A stretch of DNA of 64,000 nt from Bdellovibrionales bacterium (GTDB lineage: Bacteria; Bdellovibrionota; Bdellovibrionia; Bdellovibrionales; JAGQZY01): the NCBI GenBank assembly GCA_964230645.1, contig CAXRHT010000003.1, positions 640,001 to 704,000 of the forward strand. Direction: 5' to 3'. Both the position numbers and the translations under genes were made by a program. Positions 9,547 to 18,960 of the stretch are shown one piece after another. The notes under the pieces are model-generated. The model made no database searches. It had not been told where the DNA came from and worked only from the letters and a program-made list of their open reading frames with translations. Each line of letters starts with the position of its first letter. Position 1 is the stretch's first letter.

Positions 9547-10341
9547 ATGAACACATCAAAAATCATCTTCGTCATAGGCCTACTAAGCCTTATTGCCTCG
9601 TTGGCTCAGGGCGCCACCATGCAAATCTTTTCGGACATTCATTTCGGTCCGAAGTTACAAATCTCTGCTAACTTTCTTTGCCAAGATGGTGTGTACATAT
9701 ATTTTCGCTCGCAACAAGATTGTCTTGATTCTGGCCAGGAGTGGAACTGTTCTGAGGACTTAGTAGTCAAACCCATCCGTGAGGTGGAAATGATATTGAC
9801 GGAAGTGGGTGGCGATAGTGTGACTCGCTTTTTTAAAGTAGATACCCAGTTCAAATATCAACAAGTAGAAAGAGACGCCAGAGGCAATGTCTTCAATAAT
9901 ATCAACGAATTTCGAGAACTGCCCTTCTGTGCTGGAAGACCGAGACTAGAGCCTGGTAATGTGGGTGAGTTTCGTTACCCGGAATCTAAATCAGAGAAGT
10001 TTTTTATCGAGTCTATGCTAGAGGCTGGAATAACCATGGTTAACGTAGCCGAGGCTGGTACAAGTATCTTAGATGCCATTGATTTAGAGCAACAAGTTGA
10101 GCCCACCCAAAAGGTCAGCTCTGCTATAAAGTCTCCTTTTTGCAATCAATCGGTAACCTCTGATTATATCCATCTCCTTTCCGGTGAATACTCAGGCAAC
10201 GGCATTCAGAATCTGGATTTCGACAATGTGCAAGTGGACCGACTACAAGAGATTTCTCATGACCTCTTTGTCACTCCCTCTGAGGTTCATGAGGATCAAC
10301 CAGCTTTCAAAGTAAGCTGCGAAAAAACTTGGGATATATAA
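9547..10341 (+). CDS. Secreted hypothetical protein; N-terminal domain resembles the 7815-8318 protein
   Basis: Signal peptide from ATG 9547; IHF...LCQDGVYIY...DLVVKPI...LPFCAGRP. Confidence 0.75.
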   Translation: MNTSKIIFVIGLLSLIASLAQGATMQIFSDIHFGPKLQISANFLCQDGVYIYFRSQQDCLDSGQEWNCSEDLVVKPIREVEMILTEVGGDSVTRFFKVDTQFKYQQVERDARGNVFNNINEFRELPFCAGRPRLEPGNVGEFRYPESKSEKFFIESMLEAGITMVNVAEAGTSILDAIDLEQQVEPTQKVSSAIKSPFCNQSVTSDYIHLLSGEYSGNGIQNLDFDNVQVDRLQEISHDLFVTPSEVHEDQPAFKVSCEKTWDI

Positions 10342-11214
10342 ATGCTAAGGCCTGAATTTTCTCATACCAACAAAAGAGATGAGAGAAGCGTAGATTCACA
10401 GGATCTTATGGGCCAGATTCAATTTCTTGTGGATTCTTATCTGAAAAATCACAGTCATTTAAGTGTCAATTCTCTGAGTAAAAAATGTGGTGTGAGTGAG
10501 CCGACGTTAAGGCGCATCCTTTCCGGAAAGGTTAAAACCGTTCCCCAAGTTTCAACACTTCTTGATATCCTGACCTATTTGAATAAAACCTCCAGCGTTC
10601 GAAAGATTGTATCACTTCATCCTGGTCCTATTGCAGATTATTTGAGAAAGGCCATGCCCTATCTGGAAGAAATCGATAGCGAATATTCAGGTCGGGTCAA
10701 TGAGGAGCTTAAAGATCCGGTGAAGTACTTAATCTTTAAACTAGCTCTAAATAGCAATGGAGTTTTAGAAAGTAAGATTCAAGAGCTTTATGGTACCCAC
10801 GGAATTAAACTCCTTCAAGAGATGGTGGAAGCCGAAATCATAGTGAAAACTGCCAATGGTATTTGCCGCACAAAAACAAAATCCTACAATAGTTCTTCCA
10901 AAGACTTCGTCAGGAACTTCAAAGTGGTTGCTGACTTCATAAAGACAAATAAATTCCGAAATCGAAAACCTTATAATCCATTGCATGCAAACTGTTCGGA
11001 GTCGATCCATTTGGATGCCTACGAGTCGATTGTACGGTTGCAAAAAAAGACTCAAAAGAAAATACGTAAAATTTTGAGTGATCCTGAGAGCCGTGGAGAA
11101 ATTCCCTTTTTTCAATTGGTGGCGATTGATACATTGGATCTCAAGGCGGCTTTTGAATTTGATAAAGACGAGAGCTCCTCTCCTGCAAGTACAAGTCCTT
11201 CAAAGCAGATTTAA
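10342..11214 (+). CDS. HTH-containing protein, TIGR02147/DUF4423-like (Bdellovibrio-expanded family)
   Basis: N-terminal HTH LSVNSLSKKCGVSEPTLRRILSG, central winged-helix-like segment, and size and architecture typical of the family. Confidence 0.65.
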   Translation: MLRPEFSHTNKRDERSVDSQDLMGQIQFLVDSYLKNHSHLSVNSLSKKCGVSEPTLRRILSGKVKTVPQVSTLLDILTYLNKTSSVRKIVSLHPGPIADYLRKAMPYLEEIDSEYSGRVNEELKDPVKYLIFKLALNSNGVLESKIQELYGTHGIKLLQEMVEAEIIVKTANGICRTKTKSYNSSSKDFVRNFKVVADFIKTNKFRNRKPYNPLHANCSESIHLDAYESIVRLQKKTQKKIRKILSDPESRGEIPFFQLVAIDTLDLKAAFEFDKDESSSPASTSPSKQI

Positions 11215-11267
11215 CACCCTCGGTGTCTTGATCAATAACCCGTTCGGGTCTAATATTTCATCTTCTA

Positions 11268-12437
11268 ATGAGGTGTATGATGAAAACGATCCTGTTGTTA
11301 GGTTCTGGCGAGTTGGGTAAAGAGTTTACGATTTCAGCAAAGCGCTTGGGACAAAGAGTTGTGGCCGTAGATAAATATGCTGGGGCTCCAGCTATGCAAG
11401 TGGCTGATGCCTTTGAAGTGATTAGTATGCTTGATGGTGTGGAACTTGAAAAGATTGTGAAAAAGCACAAGCCCGATCTCATTGTTCCAGAGGTAGAATC
11501 CATTCGCACAGAAATGCTTGAAAAGTTTGAACGGCAGGGAATCTTTGTCGTGCCTACAGCGGAAGCGACCCATTTAACCATGAATAGAGACGCCATTAGA
11601 GATTTGGTGTCTAGTGAATTAAAAATTAGAACACCAAAGTTTGATTACGCCTCCAACAAAGAAGAGCTAAAAGATATTTGCGCAGGAATCGGCTTTCCCT
11701 GTGTTGTGAAGCCGGTGATGTCTTCTTCCGGTAAAGGGCAAAGTATTGTGAACTCCCCCAAACAGGTCGGCAAAGCCTGGGATTTTGCGTGTGAAGGGAT
11801 GAGAGGGGATAACAAAAAAGTAATCATCGAAGAGTTCATAAAGTTTGAAGTGGAAATAACCCTTCTTACCGTCAAACAACTCGATGGGCCCACTCTTTTT
11901 GTCGACCCTATCGGCCACAGGCAAGAAGAGGGTGACTATAGAGAATCGTGGATACCAGCTAACATTCGACCAAATATGCTCACTCAAGCCAAAAAAATGG
12001 CAAAGAAAGTCACCGATCGCTTGGGCGGAGCTGGAATCTTTGGGGTGGAGTTTTTTGTAACAAAGGATGAAGTGATTTTCAGTGAACTTTCTCCCAGACC
12101 TCATGATACCGGCATGGTGACCTTAATTTCTCAAAATCTCTCGGAATTTGATCTTCATTGCCGAGCTATACTTGGGCTTCCCATCCCTGAAATTGACTAC
12201 TATGGACCCGCGGCTTCAGCGGTCGTACTTTCTAAAAAAGATTCCACCCAATTTGAAATTAAAGGACTAGAAAAAGCGCTTGCGATCAAGAAAACAGATC
12301 TAAGAGTCTTCGGAAAGCCTAGTACACGTAAAAATCGCAGAATGGCTGTCGCGCTAGCCAGAGACACTAATATAATGAAAGCCAGAAGAAGAGCTCAGAA
12401 AGCCGCTGATTGTATTAAAATCAGTTATTCTAAATAG
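11268..12437 (+). CDS. purT: Formate-dependent phosphoribosylglycinamide formyltransferase
   Basis: Motifs LLLGSGELGKE, VKPVMSSSGKGQS, ELSPRPHDTGMVT, RRMAVALA. Start probably at 11277 or 11280. Confidence 0.97.
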   Translation: MRCMMKTILLLGSGELGKEFTISAKRLGQRVVAVDKYAGAPAMQVADAFEVISMLDGVELEKIVKKHKPDLIVPEVESIRTEMLEKFERQGIFVVPTAEATHLTMNRDAIRDLVSSELKIRTPKFDYASNKEELKDICAGIGFPCVVKPVMSSSGKGQSIVNSPKQVGKAWDFACEGMRGDNKKVIIEEFIKFEVEITLLTVKQLDGPTLFVDPIGHRQEEGDYRESWIPANIRPNMLTQAKKMAKKVTDRLGGAGIFGVEFFVTKDEVIFSELSPRPHDTGMVTLISQNLSEFDLHCRAILGLPIPEIDYYGPAASAVVLSKKDSTQFEIKGLEKALAIKKTDLRVFGKPSTRKNRRMAVALARDTNIMKARRRAQKAADCIKISYSK

Positions 12438-12529
12438 TTAAAGCTAGGCTTTGAAAAGAGGGCAATAGGTCTTGCATTCTTTCCCGACAATGATAGACAG
12501 ATCTCACGGATCTTTCTAAGGAGACTGCA

Positions 12530-13576
12530 ATGAATCTTTTGATTTCTCTTTTAATGACTCTCTTTCCTTTATTTTCTCTGGCTCATAGTTCTTCCGAATC
12601 TGCTCAACCGAGTGAGGCTCCTGCTTGCGAGTCTGAAAATACAAACCAAGAGATCGATATGGACTGTATCGAAGCCCAGCTCAAAGGTGAGGGGCTTGGA
12701 GGTTGGGTGCATGCCTCAGTTGACGACCAGATGGTATTTGTTTTCACTTGGCGCAAACCGGGCTCCTTTTTCACGAATGTACAACTTCCTATGTTTTCCG
12801 AGGATCCGCAGGTATTAAAACAATTGCAAAGTCTCGGTCGTCATGACCAGGTCATTTTAAAAGGTGAGTTCTTTCAAAATGAAGCGCCTTTAAGGCACAT
12901 CAAAGTGAGCGAAGTGAAAGTGGTTAAGGCCTTCAGTGGACCCAGTGGTGACTATGAGTATAGCCCTGACGTTCTGACGGAAATTTTAAATAGTAATAAA
13001 ATGATCGCGAAAGTTCATATTGTGGCTAACGGCGGCAGAGTGCTCGTGGTGGAAAAAGAAGACCGAGTGCTTCCCGTTTTTAATAAAGATCCTAAACTGA
13101 CTGAGAATCTTTTTCGCAATGACAAGATAGAATTACAGTATCAAGTGCGTCTTTTGCCTCAGCAGCCCTCCCATATCCAAGTGGATGAGGATGCAGCCAA
13201 TCCGATTCGAGTTATTGAAAGAATCGAAGAAGGACATGGTGAGCCTTTTGAAATTACAGGGCCCTTGGTGATGTTTCCTAAAAGTCCTCAAATAATATTC
13301 AACGTGTTTGCTGTAAGAGAGCAAGACAGCGATGGGATTCATAGAAATTACACTGTTATCAATTTTGAAGATATGGACCTGTTCGAAAAAATCCGCCAAA
13401 ACTTTCAAAAAGCTTGGGATCAAGCGAAGGATTCCGCAGAGTACGATCGCAATAAATTTATCAATCGTAAGATACAGGTCACTGTTCGCGGCTTGAAGAA
13501 CGTTGTTTCTCCTACACAAGCGAACCCTCAGGTCGTGCCCAGTCAAATTGACGACATTGAGATCGAATTTCTTTAG
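12530..13576 (+). CDS. Secreted hypothetical protein, possibly tandem OB-fold-like domains
   Basis: RBS AAGGAG, signal peptide, three beta-rich segments (LGRHDQVILKGEF, LFRNDKIELQY, RKIQVTVRGLK). Confidence 0.75.
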   Translation: MNLLISLLMTLFPLFSLAHSSSESAQPSEAPACESENTNQEIDMDCIEAQLKGEGLGGWVHASVDDQMVFVFTWRKPGSFFTNVQLPMFSEDPQVLKQLQSLGRHDQVILKGEFFQNEAPLRHIKVSEVKVVKAFSGPSGDYEYSPDVLTEILNSNKMIAKVHIVANGGRVLVVEKEDRVLPVFNKDPKLTENLFRNDKIELQYQVRLLPQQPSHIQVDEDAANPIRVIERIEEGHGEPFEITGPLVMFPKSPQIIFNVFAVREQDSDGIHRNYTVINFEDMDLFEKIRQNFQKAWDQAKDSAEYDRNKFINRKIQVTVRGLKNVVSPTQANPQVVPSQIDDIEIEFL

Positions 13577-13860
13577 TTTTTACCCTCGATAGAGGCGGTT
13601 TTCCGTTGTGGTCTGTTCTTTTCTGGATGAACAGGCTTTTTGTCAGCCTTCATTAACTGGCCGGTTTTATCATCCGATTTTTTGGCGGACTGTTCCACTT
13701 TCGTGTTTTTGTCTGCCGGTTTTTTATCGGATTCCTTCTTAAGAGAAGAATTTGAAAGCAGCAGTCCAAAAATCAGGGCCGACAGTCCGATGAAATCTTT
13801 GAAATCAAAGTGAGACTGTATAATGTTAATTTTTTCCTGAATTTTTTCACGACTCAACAT
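13573..13860 (-). CDS. Small membrane-anchored Lys-rich hypothetical protein
   Basis: One hydrophobic helix then a low-complexity charged tail; convergent 4-nt overlap with the neighbouring gene. Confidence 0.55.
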   Translation of the reverse strand: MLSREKIQEKINIIQSHFDFKDFIGLSALIFGLLLSNSSLKKESDKKPADKNTKVEQSAKKSDDKTGQLMKADKKPVHPEKNRPQRKTASIEGKN

Positions 13861-14116
13861 ACTGTGAGTATAACGGATGGACCCGGTAAATCCTTAAGCA
13901 AATGTTTAGAATTATAACTAATTTAGGCCTGAGTCTAAGAGAGCTGACAAACAGCTCTCTTAAGTTTTGATTGGCTAAAAATAGTGCAAAAAGTGAAAAC
14001 ATTTTTACTTGAGCTCGGAGGCCCATCTACACTTATTTTTACGGAATGTGAATCAAGGTGAAACAAAAATATCCTATTATTAGCTTGAACCACAGAACGA
14101 CTGATAAAGTTTAAAT

Positions 14117-14470
14117 ATGAGATTGACCTTTTTTATGACATTTATTGTGTGTCACTTATGCGTTGCCCATTCAGAAAATATTTATCCCGAAAGGGAGCTG
14201 CGGGGAAGCCCTGCGGCCTCTTCAAATCCTTACAGTGGCGGGGAGATATGGTTTTCTGGTGTCTACCACGTGGACTCTTGCCCATCCGTTAGTGCTGATA
14301 TTCGTACAATTGCATCAAAAGGTCTGCAGCAAGACTACGAGAAAACCAAATTTGTCGATTGTGAAAAATGGTCGGATCAATTTCGCTATATACTTAATAT
14401 CTCCAGGAAAGAGGAGAGTGGCAGTTGCCAGGTACAAGCGAGCTTTGCCTGTGGTCCCGATTCTGAATAG
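14117..14470 (+). CDS. Small secreted Cys-containing hypothetical protein
   Basis: Signal-like N-terminus and four Cys in the mature part. Confidence 0.6.
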   Translation: MRLTFFMTFIVCHLCVAHSENIYPERELRGSPAASSNPYSGGEIWFSGVYHVDSCPSVSADIRTIASKGLQQDYEKTKFVDCEKWSDQFRYILNISRKEESGSCQVQASFACGPDSE

Positions 14471-15152
14471 GGACTTTTAGCTTGTCAGTAAGGTGAGGGA
14501 GCTCAAAAGTGTTTCCCAATTTTAAATAGAAGGAGTCGTCACAACTCGAATCCCAGCCAGACCATTGAGGTCGATCTGTAACAATTTTCTGTTGGGATTA
14601 AAATTGTGAACGGTCAGTGTGAGAACGTTTATTTTTTGAGCTCGGAGAATCAAGAGTTTATTTATGATTTCAAAATTTGTTTTGAGTACCAGTCCTTGGA
14701 GCGAGCGGGTGTTCGCAGATTTCCCAATCTTTAGCGGCAAGTGACCCGTCTCCCATTTGAGGTGAACTCGCTTGGACGTTTGGCCAGTGTTTCACAGAGA
14801 TGTGAGTCGATGAATAACATCCTCAGAAATCATTTGAAGCGTCCCGAGGGAGAGCTTTTTCCTGCTAGGGAAATAAGAGAAGAAGCGGATGATGCCGCTG
14901 GTAGTGCTTCTTAGAAGTCACCGTTGATTATTTTTTTAATCTATTTATCTTCTGTCTGAATTTGTTTTAAGTATTTCTACGAGCGTGCCTAAGCGTCTAG
15001 GCTTTTTGGATTCCCTGTTTTTCTTAAAAAAGCTAAAGGTCCTAATATCTTGAGTCATTTACACCTCTATTTATATTAATGCAAAATAAAGCATTGCTAC
15101 GATTTCGACTCATCATGTGATTTCCAACAGATCGAACATCAGAGGAGCTGCT

Positions 15153-16610
15153 TTGAAAACCTTCATAGTTTTTTTTGGTCTTATCGTCCTTTTTTACTCG
15201 GCTGATTTGAAAGCCGAACCCTGGCTTTCCAATCGTTTTGCGCAAAACTGTGCTTCTTGCCATGCTCCAGGACGTCTGAACCGTTCTCCTTCAAAGAGAC
15301 GTTGCACTCTTTCGTGTCAGGGTTGTCATGTGAATCCCAATGGTGGTGGATTGAGAAACAAGTACGGCAAGTGGACCTCTGAAAGGTGGGCTCGTAGCTT
15401 TTATACTGATATAGCTTGGAACAAGAAGTCTCCCGCTCCCCTGAAGCACCAGAAATACATGAAAAAGAAGCTTTCTAAAAAAACAAAACTAAAGATGGCT
15501 AAATATGGTGCCCCTCTCGTTGGAGTTAAAGCTGTTATTAAAGATGAGAAGCCCTTTTTTGAGTCGTCAAACTACACAGCCGCTCAAAATAAAGTCGAAG
15601 AATTATCAAGAATCACTCGCAATGACCCTTACAGGCAAACAAGACGGGATATGGTAACAGTGGGAGGCGATTTTCGCCTTTTCTATATCCAGCAATCTGA
15701 GGGAGCGGCTTCTCAAAAGCTCGAAGAGGGAGCCTTTTTCCCCATGGTCTTTGATTTTGGTGTCAGGGTGCGCCCCATCAGAGAAAAGTTATCCTTTGTG
15801 TATGAAGGGCGTGCGATTAATTCCAGCCTGAATGAGCCCTCTAGCCTTGATCGTCTTTTCGGATCGGGGAGTGCCGCGATCACACGCTCGGCTTACATTT
15901 TAGTCGATGATCTTTGGTACAACTCCTATGCTCAGTACGGATACTATCGACCCATGTTTGGGATCTACAACCCCAATCACAATGCGATGATCACAGACTA
16001 CACCCGCTTGGGAATAAGGGCCAAAGTTAAGGCCGCAGGTTTTGGGACCGCTCCGAATGTTCCCTTTGGTATCGTCAATCTTATCTTAAAAGACGAAGGG
16101 GCTCCGGCGACAGATATCGCCAGCGAAGGTGGTCTTAATGTCACCCTCGGTATGAGGTTTGTTAAACTCGGCGCTTCGATTCAAGGCTCCTATTGGTCCA
16201 CTGACAACGAATCAACCACAGTTCCTTCCAAAACTGAAATGTGGAATATCAATGGCGGTATGAAACTGAATCGCTTTATCCTGACTGGTGAGATCACCAA
16301 CGTTCGGCGTGAAGTGGCGGGTCTTGATGAAACTCAAATTATCGGTGTGGATGGTCGTTTTCGATTTTGGAGAGAAATGTACTTAAAAGCGGGTATGGCT
16401 GTGGCTAACGCCGCAGTGGCTCGTCAAAACACAGTGAGTGGAACGGGAATTAGTCCCGGTTCTGGCGATGAAATAACTTTTGGGCTCAGAGCCTTTTTAC
16501 TTAGTGGTATCGATATTGAAACTCTTTACGCTTCAAAGACGAACAAAGAAGAAGGCTTTGAGGATCAAAAAGAGGATACCCTCTCGTTTCAACTTCACGC
16601 TTACTTTTAA
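15153..16610 (+). CDS. c-type cytochrome (2x CxxCH) fused to an outer-membrane beta-barrel (Cyc2-like architecture)
   Basis: RBS GAGGAG before TTG 15153; signal peptide; CASCH and CQGCH; alternating-pattern beta strands; ends LSFQLHAYF with a terminal Phe. Confidence 0.75.
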   Translation: MKTFIVFFGLIVLFYSADLKAEPWLSNRFAQNCASCHAPGRLNRSPSKRRCTLSCQGCHVNPNGGGLRNKYGKWTSERWARSFYTDIAWNKKSPAPLKHQKYMKKKLSKKTKLKMAKYGAPLVGVKAVIKDEKPFFESSNYTAAQNKVEELSRITRNDPYRQTRRDMVTVGGDFRLFYIQQSEGAASQKLEEGAFFPMVFDFGVRVRPIREKLSFVYEGRAINSSLNEPSSLDRLFGSGSAAITRSAYILVDDLWYNSYAQYGYYRPMFGIYNPNHNAMITDYTRLGIRAKVKAAGFGTAPNVPFGIVNLILKDEGAPATDIASEGGLNVTLGMRFVKLGASIQGSYWSTDNESTTVPSKTEMWNINGGMKLNRFILTGEITNVRREVAGLDETQIIGVDGRFRFWREMYLKAGMAVANAAVARQNTVSGTGISPGSGDEITFGLRAFLLSGIDIETLYASKTNKEEGFEDQKEDTLSFQLHAYF

Positions 16611-16612
16611 AG

Positions 16613-17335
16613 TCACACAGATCCAGTTTCAATGTATGCGAAAGTGGACTCTCGTTTCATTCCAAAACCTTTCTTTTTCTTGAAAACAAAATCATTGTTT
16701 ATTAAGGCACGCTTCAGAGTCCCTGTGGCGGCGTAAGTACTCAAGGTACAAAAATTCAAATCACAGTATTCTTTGATGAACTGATCGAGAAAACTTTCAT
16801 CCCAAAGTGTGGGGCTGCTTTTAGAGCTAAAGGCATCATACAAAATTCCATTAAATTTAAGTCCGTAAGGGTTTTTGTCCTCTACTTCGGGAAAGACTCT
16901 AAAACCTTCAGTTTCGAGGAGTTCTCTTAAGTTGGACTTAATTTTTTGAGGAGCTAGTTCAAAGGGCTTGGCAACCATTGTGAGAATTCGGTCATAGCAC
17001 TCAGAAAGCTCTGATGATTTGTCTGTCAGCCAATGGGTGAAGGAGTGGCGAAGCTCAGGGACAATTTCGTAGGAATATAGGATGATTTTTTTTTGTTTTT
17101 TTAGGGCCAAAGCACTTGTTAAAATTTCATTGTAGCCAAGACCAAGACCCATTGAGAGAAGGGCTGGTTTCTGAGCTGTGAGACTTCGCTCAATACAGGG
17201 AGCGTAGATATAAAGGGTCTCAGAGAGTGCCCCTTCGAGAGAATGCATTTTCTCACCCCCATTTAAGCTCAAAGTGGGGCTTTGATCTTTGGTGCTGATG
17301 ATCTCAAAGGAGAAGGGGGATTTTGTATTGCTCAT
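16613..17335 (-). CDS. mnmD: Stand-alone MnmC-type tRNA (mnm5s2U34) methyltransferase domain (MnmD-like)
   Basis: TKDQSPTL...GEKMHSLEGALSETLYIY, MGLGLGYN, YDAFSSKSSPTLW, STYAATG, GFGMKRES. Start moved to MSNTK so it does not overlap the divergent gene. Confidence 0.8.
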   Translation of the reverse strand: MSNTKSPFSFEIISTKDQSPTLSLNGGEKMHSLEGALSETLYIYAPCIERSLTAQKPALLSMGLGLGYNEILTSALALKKQKKIILYSYEIVPELRHSFTHWLTDKSSELSECYDRILTMVAKPFELAPQKIKSNLRELLETEGFRVFPEVEDKNPYGLKFNGILYDAFSSKSSPTLWDESFLDQFIKEYCDLNFCTLSTYAATGTLKRALINNDFVFKKKKGFGMKRESTFAYIETGSV

Positions 17336-17362
17336 AGGTCTATAATTCGTTAAGTCATCCCT

Positions 17363-18304
17363 ATGGAAGTTGCAAGAAACAATCTTGATGAAAAGCCTTT
17401 TTATCCTATTTCCCAGTTCTATAAGGAAAAATTTGGGGAGAAGGTTTTTAAGATCCCAGTGGCCATAGCGGGGCGTTGCCCGAATATGAAAGATGGCAGT
17501 GGTCTGAAAACTTGCATCTTCTGCGATGAGTGGGGCTCTTTTGCCTACCCAGAAAATCAAGAGAAGTCTTTACGATCACAGATTGAACTTCACCGCAAGC
17601 GGGTGAAAGACCGCTACAACACCAACAAATTCTTTGTCTATTTTCAGGCTTACACAACAACTTACACTCAGGTGCAAAGAATCAGAGAGGCCTTCAGCAT
17701 AGCTCTTGAGTATGAAGGGGTCGTGGGAATTGTGATAGGAACAAGACCTGACTGTTTATCTCCAGCTCTTCTCGAGACCTTTAACGAGGTGGCCAAGAAA
17801 AGCTTTATGGCTGTGGAGCTAGGGGTTCAAAGCTTTGATGAAAAGCAGCTCGAGTGGATGCGGCGAGGTCATACGGCGGAGCAGTCCATAAAAGCGGTTA
17901 AAAGACTCAGAGAGAACTGCCCAGATGTGAACCTTGGTATCCATTTGATGTTCGGTTGGCCAGGTGAAACATACGATGACATCCGCGAGACCGCTCTACT
18001 TTGTAATGATCTAGGACTTCATAATGTGAAACTCCATAATCTTCATGTTCTAAAAAACACAGATCTTGCGAAACTCTTTGAAGCGGGAGAGTTTAAACCC
18101 TTTGATCTTGAGCTTTATTCTGATTACGTTTCCCATTTTCTAAGCTACCTGTCTCCCGAGATTGCTGTACATCGACTGGTGGCAACCGCCTCTCGTTGGG
18201 ATGAATTAGTGAGTCCTAAATGGACGCGAAACAAAATGCAAAACTATCAGTATGTGGTCGAGTATATGCGCAAGCGAAACATTACCCAAGGTTGTCAGTT
18301 ATGA
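17363..18304 (+). CDS. TIGR01212-family radical SAM protein (YhcC/YtqA-like)
   Basis: Motifs CPNMKDGSGLKTCIFC, VYFQAYTTTY, IGTRPDCL, VELGVQS, VKLHNLHVLKNT. Confidence 0.92.
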   Translation: MEVARNNLDEKPFYPISQFYKEKFGEKVFKIPVAIAGRCPNMKDGSGLKTCIFCDEWGSFAYPENQEKSLRSQIELHRKRVKDRYNTNKFFVYFQAYTTTYTQVQRIREAFSIALEYEGVVGIVIGTRPDCLSPALLETFNEVAKKSFMAVELGVQSFDEKQLEWMRRGHTAEQSIKAVKRLRENCPDVNLGIHLMFGWPGETYDDIRETALLCNDLGLHNVKLHNLHVLKNTDLAKLFEAGEFKPFDLELYSDYVSHFLSYLSPEIAVHRLVATASRWDELVSPKWTRNKMQNYQYVVEYMRKRNITQGCQL

Positions 18305-18960
18305 AACCCTATGAGAAATATCCTAAAATTTGTCGTCAAATCTTAGACGTTTGCAAAAACCTCTACAGTCGAAATATGTTGGCGGCCGCCGATGGTAATG
18401 TGAGCTTTAAAGTCCAAGAGGGTGTACTGATCACTCCCTCCGGAGTGCCAAAAGCTTTTTGCCAGCCCGAAGACATTGCCTTTGTTACCTTAGATAACGA
18501 AGTTATGTATGGAAAGCCTTCCTCGGAACGTTTGATGCATCTGAGTGTCTATAATGAAGTGAAAGAAGCCAAAGCGGTTGTCCATGCCCATCCTCCGACC
18601 GCCATTGCCTGGAGTGTGGCCTTTCCAGAACTAGAGGAACTACCCAATAACTGCCTTTCCGAAGTGGTGCTAGCGGCTGGCCATATACCCATAGTTTCCT
18701 ATGCTCGTCCGGGTACCCAGGCTATGGGCGATGTTTTAAAGGAAAAAGTCAAAGACCATAAAATCATGATATTATCTCGTCACGGAGGTTTGGCTTGGGG
18801 AGAATCTCTCACTGAAGCTTTTATGGGAATGGAACGCTTGGAGCACTCCGCAGAGATTTTATATAAAGCCAAAAATCTCAAGGATCTTACTTATCTTGAT
18901 AATGAAGAGATGGAAGCCCTTTACAAAATCCGAGAAACAATAGGGAACAAAACACTATGA
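18301..18960 (+). CDS. Class II aldolase/adducin family protein (FucA/Ald2/DrdA-like)
   Basis: Motifs DGNVS, ITPSG, PSSERLMH, VVHAHPP, LSRHG. ATGA overlaps with both neighbours. Confidence 0.9.
   Translation: MKPYEKYPKICRQILDVCKNLYSRNMLAAADGNVSFKVQEGVLITPSGVPKAFCQPEDIAFVTLDNEVMYGKPSSERLMHLSVYNEVKEAKAVVHAHPPTAIAWSVAFPELEELPNNCLSEVVLAAGHIPIVSYARPGTQAMGDVLKEKVKDHKIMILSRHGGLAWGESLTEAFMGMERLEHSAEILYKAKNLKDLTYLDNEEMEALYKIRETIGNKTL

Noticed and set aside
14480..14914. Possible pseudogene: a plus-strand frame from 14522 reads protein-like through two in-frame stops; also the 72-aa minus-strand ORF
   Set aside because: No start codon, RBS or recognisable motif; cannot be supported without a homology search
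17336..17560. N-terminal 75 aa of the 315-aa ORF 16613-17560
   Set aside because: Overlaps the conserved start of the radical SAM gene on the other strand; methyltransferase similarity begins only at MSNTK
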